NCBI RefSeq assembly: GCF_009914755.1
Contig: NC_060925.1
DNA: 64,000 bases
Source of the DNA: the human T2T-CHM13v2.0 reference genome, Homo sapiens
Strand: one strand, 5' to 3'
The position numbers and the translations under genes are program-made. The notes below the pieces were generated by a model. It did not search any database, had not been told where the DNA came from, and saw nothing but the letters and a program-made list of their open reading frames with translations. Every line of letters starts with the position of its first letter. Position 1 is the stretch's first letter. Shown one piece after another: positions 15,717 through 30,149 of this stretch.

Positions 15717-18700
15717 GTGTGGCAAGTTTGGATTGTGTAACTTTAGCTAAGCTATGTTTCCCAGAATTCCTTTCCCTGTAGAGTTCTGGGTTAGGTTCTG
15801 GTTAGTTGCTGTAGTTTAGGGCCCAAAGAGATGTTTTGTTGAGATTTGGGAGGCAGATGGGAAGTGCAGTCATATTCTCTTTACACTTGGGAGCAGGGCA
15901 TGTTGTGTTTGTGGCTCAGGCCCATGGATCATGGATCTGCTGGCTCGCCTTGCTGGGGCGAGCCTGCTGGATTTCTTTAATTTCTCTGACTCTTGGGCCA
16001 GATGTGTGTTTAGCTCTGTAAGTAAGGGAGCCAACTTCCCCTGCAGGGTGCACAGGCAGTGAAACTAGGGTGGAAGGTATTGAGACCCATCTGTTTCTTG
16101 TTTGTTCTTTTGGGCTCCATGCATCCTCCCAGGTTCCAATTTGTCCTTGCTCTCCCCTGCCCCTTCACACCCATCTTCCGTTTCAGACTGTCTGCCCTGC
16201 TAACTTCAGGCTGTAGCACCAGGCACAGGAGAAACAGCCTCCTATGAAGGACTAAGCCAGCAATCCCATCCATACCAGGTCAAATCTCTACCAAAAAAGT
16301 ATTGTCGTATGAGAGTACTTCTGCCTTTCTGCCTGAACTCCTTAACCTCTTCAGAATTTGGTACTAGGAGAGGTTTCTGAGGAACAGCTTGAAGGATGGG
16401 CTCTTTGAATTGCATCTGGAATTGGTTTTCTTATTTGATTAGATTTAAAGGCATAAATGACTGGTTTTTAGTAGTAAGGGGAACATTGATTGACCACAGC
16501 CTGAAGAGATAAAACAGCTACTTAAATGATCACCTCTGTCCACACCTGTTCAAGGGTGACCAAGTAGTTGATGGCACAGAGCACTTTAATGGAAACAAAA
16601 ATATTATTATGGGTTGGAGAACTTGGAAAAAGAAAGTGATGGTCTCAAGTCTTTAAAATCTCACTCAAGATCCACAGACAGGGCCAGTCATGATGGATTA
16701 CATTTATAATCCTCGTGCTTTGGGAGGCTGTAGTGGGAGGATTCATTGAGCCCATGAGTTTGAGACTAGCCTGGGCAACATAATGAGGCCCTGCCTCTAC
16801 AAAATAAAATCTGCATACAGGACATGAATGCTTCTTTGCCTGCCTGTATGGAAGACAGATGCCTGTTAGAGAAAGACAGTGGAGTACTGCAAATTTGATC
16901 AAGCAATGCCTCCAATCACAGCTGCTGTAGTTTTGTTGCTGGAGCCAATCAACACATCCCCTGGCACCTATTTTTTAATTATTCCACTGCAGAATGACTT
17001 TTTCCTTATACCTATTAGTAAAACTGTCAGAAGCATTTGCTCTCAGCTTGCAGGGACAGCAATACACTTACACTTTCCAACTGCAGGATTACATTGACTC
17101 TCCAGCTCTATGCCATCATCTAGTCCAGAGGGACCTTGATTATCTTTGCATCCCACAGGACGTCAGCATTGGTGATGACATGTATGACATGTATTTGCCT
17201 TAGGGGGGAGAAATCCCACAAGAATTCAGGGGCCTGCTACTGCAGTGGCATTTTCCAGGGGTTCTTTAGTCTGGGGCATGTTGAGATATCCCTTTCAAAA
17301 GGTAGGGCAAGTCACAGCATCTGGCCCTCCCATCTATTGAGAAGGAAGCACAGTGCCTTGTGGGCACTTCAGATTTTAGAGAGTAGCTCATGTTTCAGGT
17401 CAAAGTACCACTGAAGTACCATTTACCAGTGATACCAATGAAGTACCACTTCAACCCACTTACCAATCGAACTGAATAGTTGCTTGTTTTGAGTGGGGCC
17501 CAGAACAAAAAGGTCCAGGCTGCCATGCAAGTGGCTCTGCCACTTGGGTGTATGACCCAGCAGATCCAATGGTGCTTGACGTGTATATGCACATAGAGAT
17601 GCTACATGGAAGCTCAGAGGGGCATCTGTGGGTAAAGCATAGGGCAGACCTTAAGGGTTTTGGAGCAAAGCCATGTCATCAACTGCAGAGGACTACTCTC
17701 CTTTTGAGAAACAGTATCTGGCTTGCCAGCAGGTCTTGGTAGACACTGAATGCTTGACCTCAGGTTACCAAGTTATCATGAGACCTGAGTTGCCTATCAT
17801 GAACTGGGTGTTAACAGGCCCATCAAAACAAAGTTCAGCATGGATAGCAGCAATTGCATAATCAAATGGAAATGGTCTTGTGAAATCGGGCTTGAATAGC
17901 TTCTGAAGGCCCAAGTAAGTTGTGTGAGCATGCCCATGGCCCTAGTGCCTGCCACAAGCCTCCTCCTTCACCTATACCCATGAATTCATGGCGAGTTCCC
18001 TGTGACCAATTGCAGGAGAAAGAAAAAGACCCGGGCCTGTTTTACAGATGGCTCTCCACATATGCTACCATTCCCTGACAGTGGATGGCTGCAGCATTGC
18101 AGCCCCATCTCGGGTGCTGCTGTTTACATAAGGTGTATCAGTGTTGTTAACCTTATATCTCAATATTCAAGTCAGAGGATATCAAAAGGGGATTGTCACT
18201 CAACTAGAATAGAAATGAGAAATTGAGATGGATAAGAGAACTTGGTATCCTCTATCCACTTTGGGGAGAGGATAGCTTGTTAGATTGTATACAGGGAAAA
18301 CTGCATTATGTTAGGCAGGAAGATGATCTTGCTATTGCCTTTATTTGGGAGAGGTGCATATGGGTGCCAAGTCAACAAGGGGTGGACTCTTGGGGGTTTG
18401 TATTATTTCACTTAACTAAGCCAAAGTTTCATTTCCTAGAATTCCCTTCCCTGCAGAGTTCCAGGTTAGCATGGGTCTCAAGAGATGTCTTGCATAAGAT
18501 TTGGAAACTGGTATGGAGTAATTTAATTTTTACAATCTCATAGTCGAAGCAGGGCATGAAATGCTGTTGCAGCCAATGTATGCTGGCCCTTATGTGCTGG
18601 CTCATGGTGTTAGTGCGGGGAAGCACTGGGAGCTGCAGCAACTCCAGGTCCTGGCAGAGGATCTTCAGCTCCTCTTACTTCGGAGCCAGGAGCATACTTG

Positions 18701-19000
18701 GTTCCATGATGAAGGGCACTGGCTTCCCTTGGAAGACACTGCATCATCAACATGGAAGACGTGGGGGTAGCGAGAGGCTGAAGGGTGTCGTTGTCTGTCC
18801 TCATAGAGCTCTACTCATCCTTGTAGTTCCACTCTGCCTTGCCAATTGGGACACGGGACTGCAGGTCACAGCACTAGCACAAACAGAAACAGCCCCACCC
18901 ACACTGTTTTACTGGCTCCCATAATCACAGCAAGCTAAATCCCTATAATACATCTCTTATTTTATATATAGGTATCTCCTAGTAGTTCTGTTGCTTATAT
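15717..19000 (+). mobile_element. Degenerate ERVL provirus (two LTRs, RT/RNase H remnants, FLAM insertion ~16682-16810)
   Basis: Similar LTR starts at ~15717 and ~18388; tttggtactaggag PBS-like site ~16357; PPT aaggggtggac ~18377; pol peptides [46 protein letters not shown]. Confidence 0.85.
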
Positions 19001-19375
19001 CAAATCCTGGTTGCTACAGGCTTCCCAGTGCCTGTATCAACATGCCAGCATGCTTGGACCATAGCAGATGCTTGGAAAATGTTTGTTGAATGAATGAGTG
19101 ACTGAATAAATAAGTAAATGACTGAGATGCAGCTCCTATCCTCAGGAAGCTCACATACCAGTGTGGAAACAGAGAGAACCAATGAGTTGGGCAGACAATA
19201 CAGTGATTGTGGGATTTTGACATCTGCAGTGGGCAGTCTGGATGAGAGCTGGGCTCACCGGTGACCTCACTGTCCCTGAGGTCTCCCTGGGCTGGGCTTG
19301 GCTGGGTAAGGGGATGGGCATTGCATTAGGACTGGCATGCTAGGTGGTGTCCTCAGGGGGCTCAGAGTCTTTAAC

Positions 19376-19533
19376 TCAGTCCCCCAGTGTCCCACAGGGA
19401 AGTGTCATCTTCTAGCATGGCTTCCTGCTGAAAATGAGCTTCCAACCATTGTACGTGTCCAGGTGCTGCTGCACTCATGAAGCCAACTTCAGGTCACACT
19501 TGCAGATCTGCTTCTGGCACTTGCTCCCAGAAC
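19376..19533 (-). pseudogene. Terminal exon of a decayed group II sPLA2 gene
   Basis: Acceptor ttcttccctggctggtccag, phase 1; reads SGSKCQKQICKCDLKLAS*VQQHLDTYNGWKLIFSRKPC*KMTLPC; Cys spacing from the first Cys onward matches PLA2G2D exon 4. Confidence 0.88.
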
Positions 19534-20725
19534 CTGGACCAGCCAGGGAAGAAATCTGGATTCTCACTTCTGGCCAGACAGACAGACCATCCCACCTCTA
19601 CCCTGACCCAGGTGTCAAGACCTTCCCAGGATGGTGCCAGGGCCCCTTTTCTTGCTGAATTTAGAAAGCCCACAACTATACAGTGTCTTCCCTGGCAGGG
19701 GTTTAATATTATCAATCAAGGGTCTGCTGGCCACCTTCTCTTTCATGAACTCCAGTTGCATCACTCCCTTCCTCTAAGGCCTTCAGTGGTTTCCCATTGC
19801 CAAGTTCCTCAGCCTGACAGTTAAGGTTCTTCGCTGTGGCTGCACTGCCTTTCCAGTTTGAATTCCCAGTTATTCCCCACCTCCCAAACCTCCACTCCTC
19901 TGCTCTTGCTCTGGTTTTCCCACCTTTCTGCCCTTGCTCTTGCTGTTTCTTCCCCCTCCGGAATGTTCATCCCCTATCTCTAGCTACTAATCGCATTTTT
20001 AAAATCAGTAACAATAATAAGAGCTACCACCTGCTGATTGTCTACCAGGTGCCAGGGTCTTTCCTACAGGTTATCTCATTGAATCTCCAACAGCCCAACA
20101 ACTAAGTGTAATCATCCCACTTAATGGGGGAGTAACTTTCAATTTGAGGCTGAACGTGTGCCCTAGGCCATGCAATCAGAGATGGGCAGAGTGGGGATTT
20201 GAGCCTGGGTCCCTGCAAATCCCAAGGCTGGGCCCACTGGCACAGAGCCTAGGCCTCGCTGCTCTCATCACTCTCCACTGTGCTTGACACAGGGCCTGGC
20301 ACAGAGGGAGCGCCCAGTAAATGTCCACGAGTTAAATCCCATGCATACCTCTACATCATGACTGCCATCAGTGGTGCCCAGAGGGCAGGGGTCACAGCTG
20401 TGTCTTCTGGGGAACCACACCCAGGAGTCAGATTTTACAATGTGAGAGGCAGAAGTCAGAATTAGGAACTCAACACAGAAAACCTGGTCTGGGGGAAGAC
20501 TGGCCCCCAGGACTCCCACTGGGTCTTCTACTGGCCAGAGGCATTTCAAGCACCTTCTGAACTTCCTCAGAAGCACAGAATTAGACCCTCTGTAGCTGTG
20601 AGGTCCAGTTCAGTGTCTTGTACCCCAAATTATCCAAGTACCTCATACATACTAAGATGGGCTAACATTCTATTAACCACAGTTTTGGGTAACTAGAAGT
20701 ATTAGAAACTAAATGCCAGGTTCGG

Positions 20726-21015
20726 GGCCAGGCGTGGTGGCTCATGCCTGTAATCCCAGCACTTTGGGAGGCTGAGGTGGGCAGATCACGAGGTCAGGAG
20801 ATCGAGACCATCCTGCCTAACACGGTGAAACCCCATCTCTACTAAAAACACAAAAAATTAACCAGGCATGTTGGTGGGTGCCTGTAGCCCCAGCTACTCA
20901 GGAGGCTGAGGCAGGAGAATGGTGTGAACCCAGGAGGCAGAGCTTGCAATGAGCCGAGATCGTGCCACTATACTCCAGCCTGGGTAACAGAGTGAGACTC
21001 CATCTCAAAAAAAAG
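20726..21015 (+). mobile_element. Alu (Y/Sc-like)
   Basis: Alu consensus. Confidence 0.9.
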
Positions 21016-21548
21016 AGGGGGCGGGGGAGTGGCGGGGAAAGAAAGAAAAGAAAAAGAAACTAAACACCAGGCTCTAGTCATGACTTTGCGCAAGTACTAA
21101 CTTTGGGCAGCCTTCTTACCTGTCATGGGCCTCGGCTTCTCATCTTTACAGAAGAATTGATAGATCATGTTTTAAAAACTGCAATCCCCGTCCACTAGTG
21201 GGTCATGAAATCAGTTTAGAGGGTTGCATCCAGTGTGTGTGCACATGTGTGTGTTAATATATCACAAGTAGTAAAGAGCTGCTTCAGCACATCGTGTGCC
21301 TATGCTGGCTGTGTATGTGTGGGTTGACTGGGTCCAGATGTCAATTTTATTACATTTTGTGGGTTGCCTTCAAAAGGATCTGAGAAAGCCTCATTCCCAT
21401 AACCTTTCAGGGCCCTTCTGGCTCTGAAGTTTCAGGCGTCTGAGTGGCTTTAGTGTCTTAGTCTTAATTAAACAAACCCCCAAAGGCTCCCCTGGGGCTT
21501 AATGTCCCTGGACTCCCCCTCATCCTTCTCTTTTGTCTTCAAACATTA

Positions 21549-21900
<352 letters not shown>

Positions 21901-22438
21901 GAACTGGGCTTCTGGCCTGCAATCTCCAAGCCTCTGACAGCATCAGTCCCAACACGTTCACTAACCACTCAGCGCAGGAACTAGCCACACAAGCACAGCT
22001 ATTTGGCTCCTCTGTGGGACAGACATCCAAGCCACTGAGTTTAAATCACGCAGAGCTTGTGTTGTAAGGGCCTTAAAATCAGATCAGGGCTCATATCTTA
22101 GCCCTGTGTGTTTCCTCACCGTGTGACCTCAGACAGGTGATTTCAATTATCTAAGTCTCAGTGGTCTCTGCTGTCAAGTGGGCTAATCACACTTTCCTCA
22201 CTAGGTTGCTGGGAGTATTTGATGAGACAATGCACATAAAGCATCCGCTATGGGGCCCTATATACAGTAGGTGCTCAATCAATGGCACCTGTCATGGAAG
22301 AGGACCACCAAACGCCAGCCCAAGAGTTTTGACTCCAGCCATTCGCCCTAAACCCAAGTCCTAGGGGCCAAGACAGGTGTCTGGGGCAGAAGGTGGCCCC
22401 TCTTCTCATCTTCCCAGGCTGCCCCATGAAGCACTCAC

Positions 22439-22545
22439 TACATTGGATGTGGCAACCGGTGATGCTGGAATTGCATCGGTGCCACTTAGGGGAGCGCTGG
22501 TGAGGTGTCAAGAGGGAGTAGCAGCAATCATGCGGGAGACAGCAC
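22439..22545 (-). pseudogene. Catalytic exon of a decayed group II sPLA2 gene
   Basis: Exactly 107 nt, ccccacag/gtgagt boundaries, phase 2/1; reads CCLPHDCCYSLLTPHQRSPKWHRCNSSITGCHIQC. Confidence 0.92.
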
Positions 22546-22962
22546 CTGTGGGGAGATCCAGGCTGGGTCCAGGGCACACAGCCCTGCAGCTGGTCCCAAA
22601 GTGGCGCATGTCGACACTTCCAGTCCTTGCCTGGGTGGTGCCCTCTGCCTGGAACGCCTGTCCCCCTACCCCACCGGCAAAATCCTTCCCTCCCCGTAGG
22701 CTGCCTCGTGCACTTCCCCTGTTTCCCCAGCAGAGGTTCTCCTTTCTCTTCTGGTTCCCACATCATCCTGTTGATTCATCCGCTCAAACACTCGCAGTTA
22801 GTGCTTCAACACACATTTAGTGTGCCAGGCCTGGGCTAGGCACTAAGGCCACCACATCTCCACCACCACCTGTTAGTCTCTCAGGGACTGACATGCAAGA
22901 AGCAAGAACTCCACACTGTGATGAGAACAGGAGGCCAGTGAAAGCATTTTGAGTTGAACCAA

Positions 22963-23476
<514 letters not shown>

Positions 23477-23976
23477 CTAGGGGAGAGGAGAAAGCTGGGA
23501 CCTGGTGGATTCTGAGGCTGTCCCAGGGACTGACAGGTAGAAGGGCTGCATCAGAATGACCAGAGCTCCAAGAGGAATCAACACGGCTGGTCTAGGGCCT
23601 GGACATCTGTATCTGTCAACCAGCTCCCCAGTGATGCAACCGGTGGTCACTTGTGGGACACTGGGAAGGGGTACAAGCCCTGGGGGGCCGTATGGGCCAC
23701 TCACACATGCTATTTTGTTATTTTGCACCAAGAGATGAGCAAAGCTTACTTGATCTATTCACACATATCCACAGGTATACCTGATGACATCCCCAGAGGC
23801 TGAGACAAGCTTTGGTCCTGGTACTAATTTTCCAGGTTTCTAAATTTGGGACTGTGCACTACTCAGGGGTAGAGGGATGGGAGGTGCACCCTCCTAAAGA
23901 GTAAAGAACAAAACATCACCATCATCATCCCCCTAATGTGGACATTTTATAGCTTTCTCCTTTAAAAATGTATTTA

Positions 23977-24285
23977 AGCTGGGCATGGTGGCTCACACCT
24001 GCAATCTCAACACTGAGAGACCAAGTGAGGAGAATCACTTAAGGCCAGGAGTTCAAGACCAGCCTGGCCAACATAGTGAGACCTCATCTCTACAGAAAAA
24101 AAAAAAAGAAAATTAAAAATGAGCCAGGCACAGTGGTGTGCACCTGTAGTCCCAGCTATTCCGGAGGCTGAGGTGGCAGGATCGCTTGAGCCCAGGAGAT
24201 CAAGGCTTCAGTGAGACGTGATTGCACCACTGCTCTCTAGCCAAGGCAACAGAGCAAGACCTTGCTGCATATAAAATAAAATGAT
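23977..24285 (+). mobile_element. Alu (J-like)
   Basis: Alu consensus. Confidence 0.88.
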
Positions 24286-25347
24286 AAAAATTTATTTAAA
24301 ACATTTTTCATCTTTTGATAGAACATTTTCTTTAAATGTGTTATGCACCTCTTTGCCTTTTTGAACTGAATACAACGCCTATAATTTGGTTAACCTTTTT
24401 AAAATAATTTGGGGTCATTGTGTTAATGCCCTGGCAGTGACGTATTCCTGGCCCAGCAAAAGAGTTGGGGGATAGTGAGATAAACCTTACAGAAAGAAAA
24501 GTTGGAACTCAAAATAACCTATGCAACAATTCCAAAATGGTCGATTCTAAGAATCAGTGAACAACTCATTCATTAAATCAGGGCGAGCCTGATTCAGAGA
24601 ACCTGACAATTCTTTAGTTACCATGTCTCTTTGAGTCATCAGTTCTAAACTGTTGATCCAGTAAATTCAGAATGTTGCATAATTGGTTTCCTGTAAATCA
24701 AAGTGAACCAGCTGCTGGATGCTGAGATTACTCAGGTTTCAAATAAACTTGTGGGTTGCAAGCAAGTCATTGTTACATCTTCTGCACAGATCTACAAGCA
24801 ATGGTCACATTTGTTACTGTCTTAAGAAACTCTATCTGGAGACAGCTATACTGTCCTATTGAACCTCTAGTAGAAGTTCTAAAGAGTCATTTTACAGACT
24901 TCCCTTCTACACAGACCTTTTCACATTTTTATGCTTTTCAAAGTGTTTTCAAATCCATGACCCAATTTGCACCTCACAACATCTCATTTTACAGAGTGGA
25001 AAACCAAGAGATAAGAGAGAAAAGTGTCTCACCTAAGGTTGCCCCCAAGTTAGTGGCGAAGCCAGAACTTGAACCAGGCTCTCAGATCCTGGCATTTGGG
25101 GCAGTCCCGCCAGCCTGAGCTGGTTCCCCACGGCCGTAATACAGAGCCTCTCATGGGACGGGGACCGTGGCTCCTCTGTGCGCCCCAGGGCTTTCCTGGT
25201 GCTGGACGCCACTGAGCAGGTCTCAGTGTGGACAGTGTCCCAAGGGCCCATCTTTGAATTTTACTTATTTTATGTGAACTCTCATGTGTCTAAATATCAA
25301 TAGAAATTTAGTGCCTTTTCTTCTGCTAATAGGTCTTTTGTTATTCA

Positions 25348-25527
<180 letters not shown>

Positions 25528-25875
25528 TCACAAAAAAAAAAAAAAGAAAATAAAAGAGTAGAGGAAAAGTCTTTCTCCCTGACATTGACCTGCAACTCCC
25601 CATCAACACCAAAGTGACCAGAATGAAAAAGCTCAGGGCTTCTGTACCCTTTTAACAAAGGAAAGTGGGTTTGGGCTTCGAGGGACAATAAATTGTGGGG
25701 AAGTGACTAGGAAAGACATGGGGAGCTAATGCGAGATAAGAGCTACTGTAGTGAGGTCAGTTTAGGCAAATTCGTCTTCAAGGATAAGAATCACTCTTCT
25801 CTCCTTGGTGCAAGGCGTGGGGGGCACCTTTCTCTAAGTGAAATTATATTTATTTTTATGGTCACCCTCTGTTTA

Positions 25876-26262
<387 letters not shown>

Positions 26263-26650
26263 TTAGATTAAGTGAAAAAAAAAAACCCAAAAGCAAATAT
26301 TCAACCAGGCCTCAGGAAGGTGACCTGTGGCAAGCTGAGCTCTGAGCATAGTCCTCCTCCATCTTCTACTTGACAGATGAAACCTCGCAGGCTTGGGTGC
26401 AGGTGATCTAGAATGTGGTCTCTAGTTTGGCAGCCCAGGGAGCCGTGTCTACAGAGGATGGACAAACCTTGGTGTGAACAGCTGCTCCATCCCTGGGTTG
26501 GCAATGGAGACAGGTCTCTGTCTGCTCCAGGTGCTGCGAGTAGGGGAAGTGGGGATAGTGGGGGTGATAGAGGAGGGGGGGCCTACACGCTTTTCAGCAC
26601 GTAATCCCTGGCCAGGTGCATCAGGATCTTGGGAAGCCCTTGTTAAAAAC

Positions 26651-27804
26651 TGTCAACCAAAAGAGTCAAACTCTGCAAAATATTTGAAGGATTTATTCTG
26701 AGCCAAACATGAATGACTGGTGGCCCATGACAGTGCCCTCAGGAGATCCTGAGAACATGTGCCCGAGGTGGTGGAGGTACGGCTTGGTTTTATACATTTT
26801 AGAGAGACATAAGACATCAGTCAATACATGTAAGATGTGTATTGGTTCAGGCTGGAAAGGCGGGACAACTGGAAGTGCAGGTGTCAGAGGCATTAGAACA
26901 AGACCAACTCCATCTTGAACAAGGGCTGGGTAAAATGAGGCTGAGACCTACTGGACTGCATTCCCAGACAGTTAAGGCATTCTAAGTCAGAGGATGGGAT
27001 AGGAGATCGGCACAAGATATGGGTCATAAAGACCTTGCTGATAAAACAGTTTGCAATAAAGAAGCCAGCTAAAACCCACCAAAAGCAAGATGGCTACAAA
27101 AGTGGCCTCTGGTTGTCCTCAGTGCTACACTCCCACCAGCACCACGACAGTTTACAAATGCCATGGCAACGTCAGGAAGTTACCCTATATGCTCTAAAAA
27201 GGGGAGGCATAAATAATCCACCCCTTGTTTAGCATATCATCAAGAAATAACCATAAAAGTGGGCAACCAGCAGCCCTCTGGGCTGCTCTGTCTATGGAGT
27301 AGCCATTCTTTTATTCCTTTACTTTTTTAATAAACTTGCTTTCACTTTACTCTATGGACTCACCCTGATTTCCTTCTTGCATGAGATCCAAGAACCCTCT
27401 TTTGGGGTCTGGATCCAGACCCCTTTCTTGTAACAGAGGCTTCCAAGTCATAGGCAGATTCAAAGATTTTCTGATTAGCAATTGGTTGAAAAAGTTATTA
27501 TCAATAAAAAGGAACGTCTGGGTGATGATAAGGGGTTGTAGAGACCAAGGTTTTATCATGCAGATGAAGACTCCAGAGAGCAGGCATCAGAGTTAATAGA
27601 TTGTAAATGTTTCTTATCAGCTTAATAGATCCTGTCTTATGAGTAATTCCAAAAGGGAGGAGGGTTTAATGAGGCATATCTGGCTTCTCCTTCCCATCAT
27701 GGCCTGAAACTAGTTTTTCAGGCTAACTTTGGAATGCCCCTGGCTGAGAGGAGGGAGTTCATTCCAATGGTTGGGGAGCCTTAGAATTTTATTTTCAGTT
27801 TACA
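26651..27804. mobile_element. MER4-type ERV1 LTR inserted in a MER5-like element and itself interrupted by MER41
   Basis: tg..ca ends; ttattctgagccaaa...ggagatcctgagaacatgtgccc MER4-like sequence. Confidence 0.7.
26882..27435 (+). mobile_element. MER41 (A-like) solo LTR
   Basis: tgtcagagg...caactccatcttgaa...tgtaaca; AATAAA near the 3' end. Confidence 0.85.
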
Positions 27805-27976
27805 AAATACAGGTTCCTGGGCTCCACCCTAGACCTACAGAATCATACTCTTCAGGTTTGGGGCCCTGAGAACCTGCATTGTAAACTTGCTCCCCTGGGT
27901 GATTTTTTGTCCACCATAAAGTTTCAGACCTGCTGCTTTTGAAGCCATCCTCAAGAATTCTGGACAGAAATATGGT

Positions 27977-28497
27977 GATAATGAAGCATTAATCAGGCTG
28001 CACATTGGCTCACTTCCATGTTGCTAAAAGTCACAAAGCACTAGATACTGACCCACTTTCATCTCATGTTACTATAGATAGGATTCCTGACACTACAATT
28101 GATTGGTATTCCCATTGTTCCTATAGATATGATCTCTGACATTAGAATCACAAGACTGACTAGTTTAAGGATTGCTTAGGGTATTTTTCAAACCCCAAAT
28201 TCCAACCACCAGCTTGAAGACTCTCACAGAGGAACGAGATCAGCATGAGAATGCATGTTCTTCCTCTCCCTGTCCCGTGACATCAACCTGCACTCTTCAA
28301 CCATTCAATGATCTCCACACTTTGTCCCACTCCAAAACCCTTAAAAACCCCAGCCCCAAACTCCTCAGGGAAATGGATTTAAGGTTCTCTCCTGTCTCCT
28401 TGTTTGGTGACCCTAAGTTTAAACTTCCTTCTCTGCTGCAACCTGGTGTCTCATCGTGTTAACTTGCTGTGTGCACCAGGCAACAGACCTATTACAG
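27977..28497 (+). mobile_element. ERV1-class solo LTR (subfamily uncertain)
   Basis: LTR-like sequence (ccttaaaaaccccagcccc...ctcaggga motif). Confidence 0.55.
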
Positions 28498-28508
28498 TTC
28501 CAGTGTAG

Positions 28509-28967
<459 letters not shown>

Positions 28968-29174
28968 TAAAAAAAATCATACCCACCTTGCTGGGTCATG
29001 CAGAATGAAGGGTAAGTGAGAAAATGTATATAAGGTTCTTAGCACACGGGAACCCAGAAATTGGCATTTTCCCATTCCCTCTCAGGAAGCCAGAAGCACT
29101 ATGGCTGAATTTTACTCCCTTCCTTCTGCTCTGCAGTTCCTGGGCTGGTGTTTGGGGCAGGGAGGGACGCTTAC

Positions 29175-29217
29175 CGCAGAGCCAGTGACAGCTGCTGCAT
29201 CATCTCAGGGCTGAATC
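29175..29217 (-). pseudogene. Probable signal-peptide exon of the same sPLA2 pseudogene (frameshifted)
   Basis: Polypyrimidine-aag acceptor, CCCTGAGATGATGCAGCAGCTGTCACTGGCTCTGCG, gtaagc donor; resembles the PLA2G5 signal exon but has 29 rather than 40 coding nt. Confidence 0.5.
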
Positions 29218-29597
29218 CTTGAGGAGGGAACAGGGACAGCTTTGGCTTCCTCTCACCCCAGCCTAGCCCTGGATCCTGGAAGGGGCTCCAGCAGAGGCAG
29301 CCCACGAGCAGAATGCACTTTGACCCCACTTCAATGGCCTCCTGAAAGTAGGGGGAGTGTTCCTGGCAGAGGGTGAAGAGCTAATTTCTGATCATCCTGA
29401 GAGAAGGCTTGGGAGGTGACAGAATGTCCCTGCCTTTCCTACCTGCCCACCCACCCCTTCCACCCTGTCCCAACCTTCTCACTGGTGGGAAGTTCTCAGT
29501 AGGAAAGAGATGAGGGTTTGGTCAAAAATTCCCTTTCAAGAGTAGGTGTTATTGGTTAATTTTACTAATCACAAATTGAGAATCAGAGAAGTAAAAC

Positions 29598-30149
29598 TGT
29601 CAGAGGTGTGTGAACCAGAGCAACTCCATCTTGAATAGAAGCTGGGGAAAATAAGGCTGAAACCTACTGGGCTGCATTCCCAGACGCTTAAGGCATTCTA
29701 AGTCACAGAATGAGATAGGAGGTCAGCACAAGATACGAGTCATAAAGACCTTGTGATAAAACAGGTTGCAGTAAAGAAGCCAGCCAAAACCCACCAAAAC
29801 TAAAATGGTCACGAGAGTGACCACTGGTCGTCCTCACTCCTGCCCTCCCATTAGTGCCATGACAGTTTACAGATGCCATGGCAACATCAGGAACTTACCC
29901 TATGTGGTCTAAAAAGGGGAGGCATGAATAAGCCACCCCTTGTTTAACATATCATCAAGAAATAACCATAAAAATGGGCAACCAGCAGCCCTCGGGCTGC
30001 TTTGCCTATGGAGTAGCCATTCTTTTATTCCTTTATTTTTTTTAATAAACTTGCTTTCACTTTACTCTATGGACTCATCCTGAATTCCTTCTTGCGTGAG
30101 ATCCCAGAAGCCTCTCTTAGGTCCAGATCCGGACCCCTTTCTTGTAACA
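29598..30149 (+). mobile_element. MER41 (A-like) solo LTR, second copy
   Basis: Colinear with 26882-27435; aaac TSD. Confidence 0.85.

Noticed and set aside
19475-19477. TGA at a conserved Cys as possible selenocysteine
   Set aside because: A second stop (TAG), other lesions and no evident SECIS make a simple nonsense mutation more likely
19458-19482. Plus-strand ccag|GTGCTGCTGCACTCATGAA (CCCTHE) mimicking an sPLA2 catalytic exon start
   Set aside because: Similarity stops after 6 codons. It is the antisense of the much better minus-strand terminal exon.
25084-25140. Minus-strand YGR...GGTAPNARIW with Ca-loop-like spacing as the missing exon 2
   Set aside because: Lacks the CxCG-GG core and splice sites, and overlaps a MIR end
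29062-29074. GKMPI match to PLA2G2D exon 2 on the minus strand
   Set aside because: Only about 12 bp match, the flanks do not align, and the implied intron would be too short
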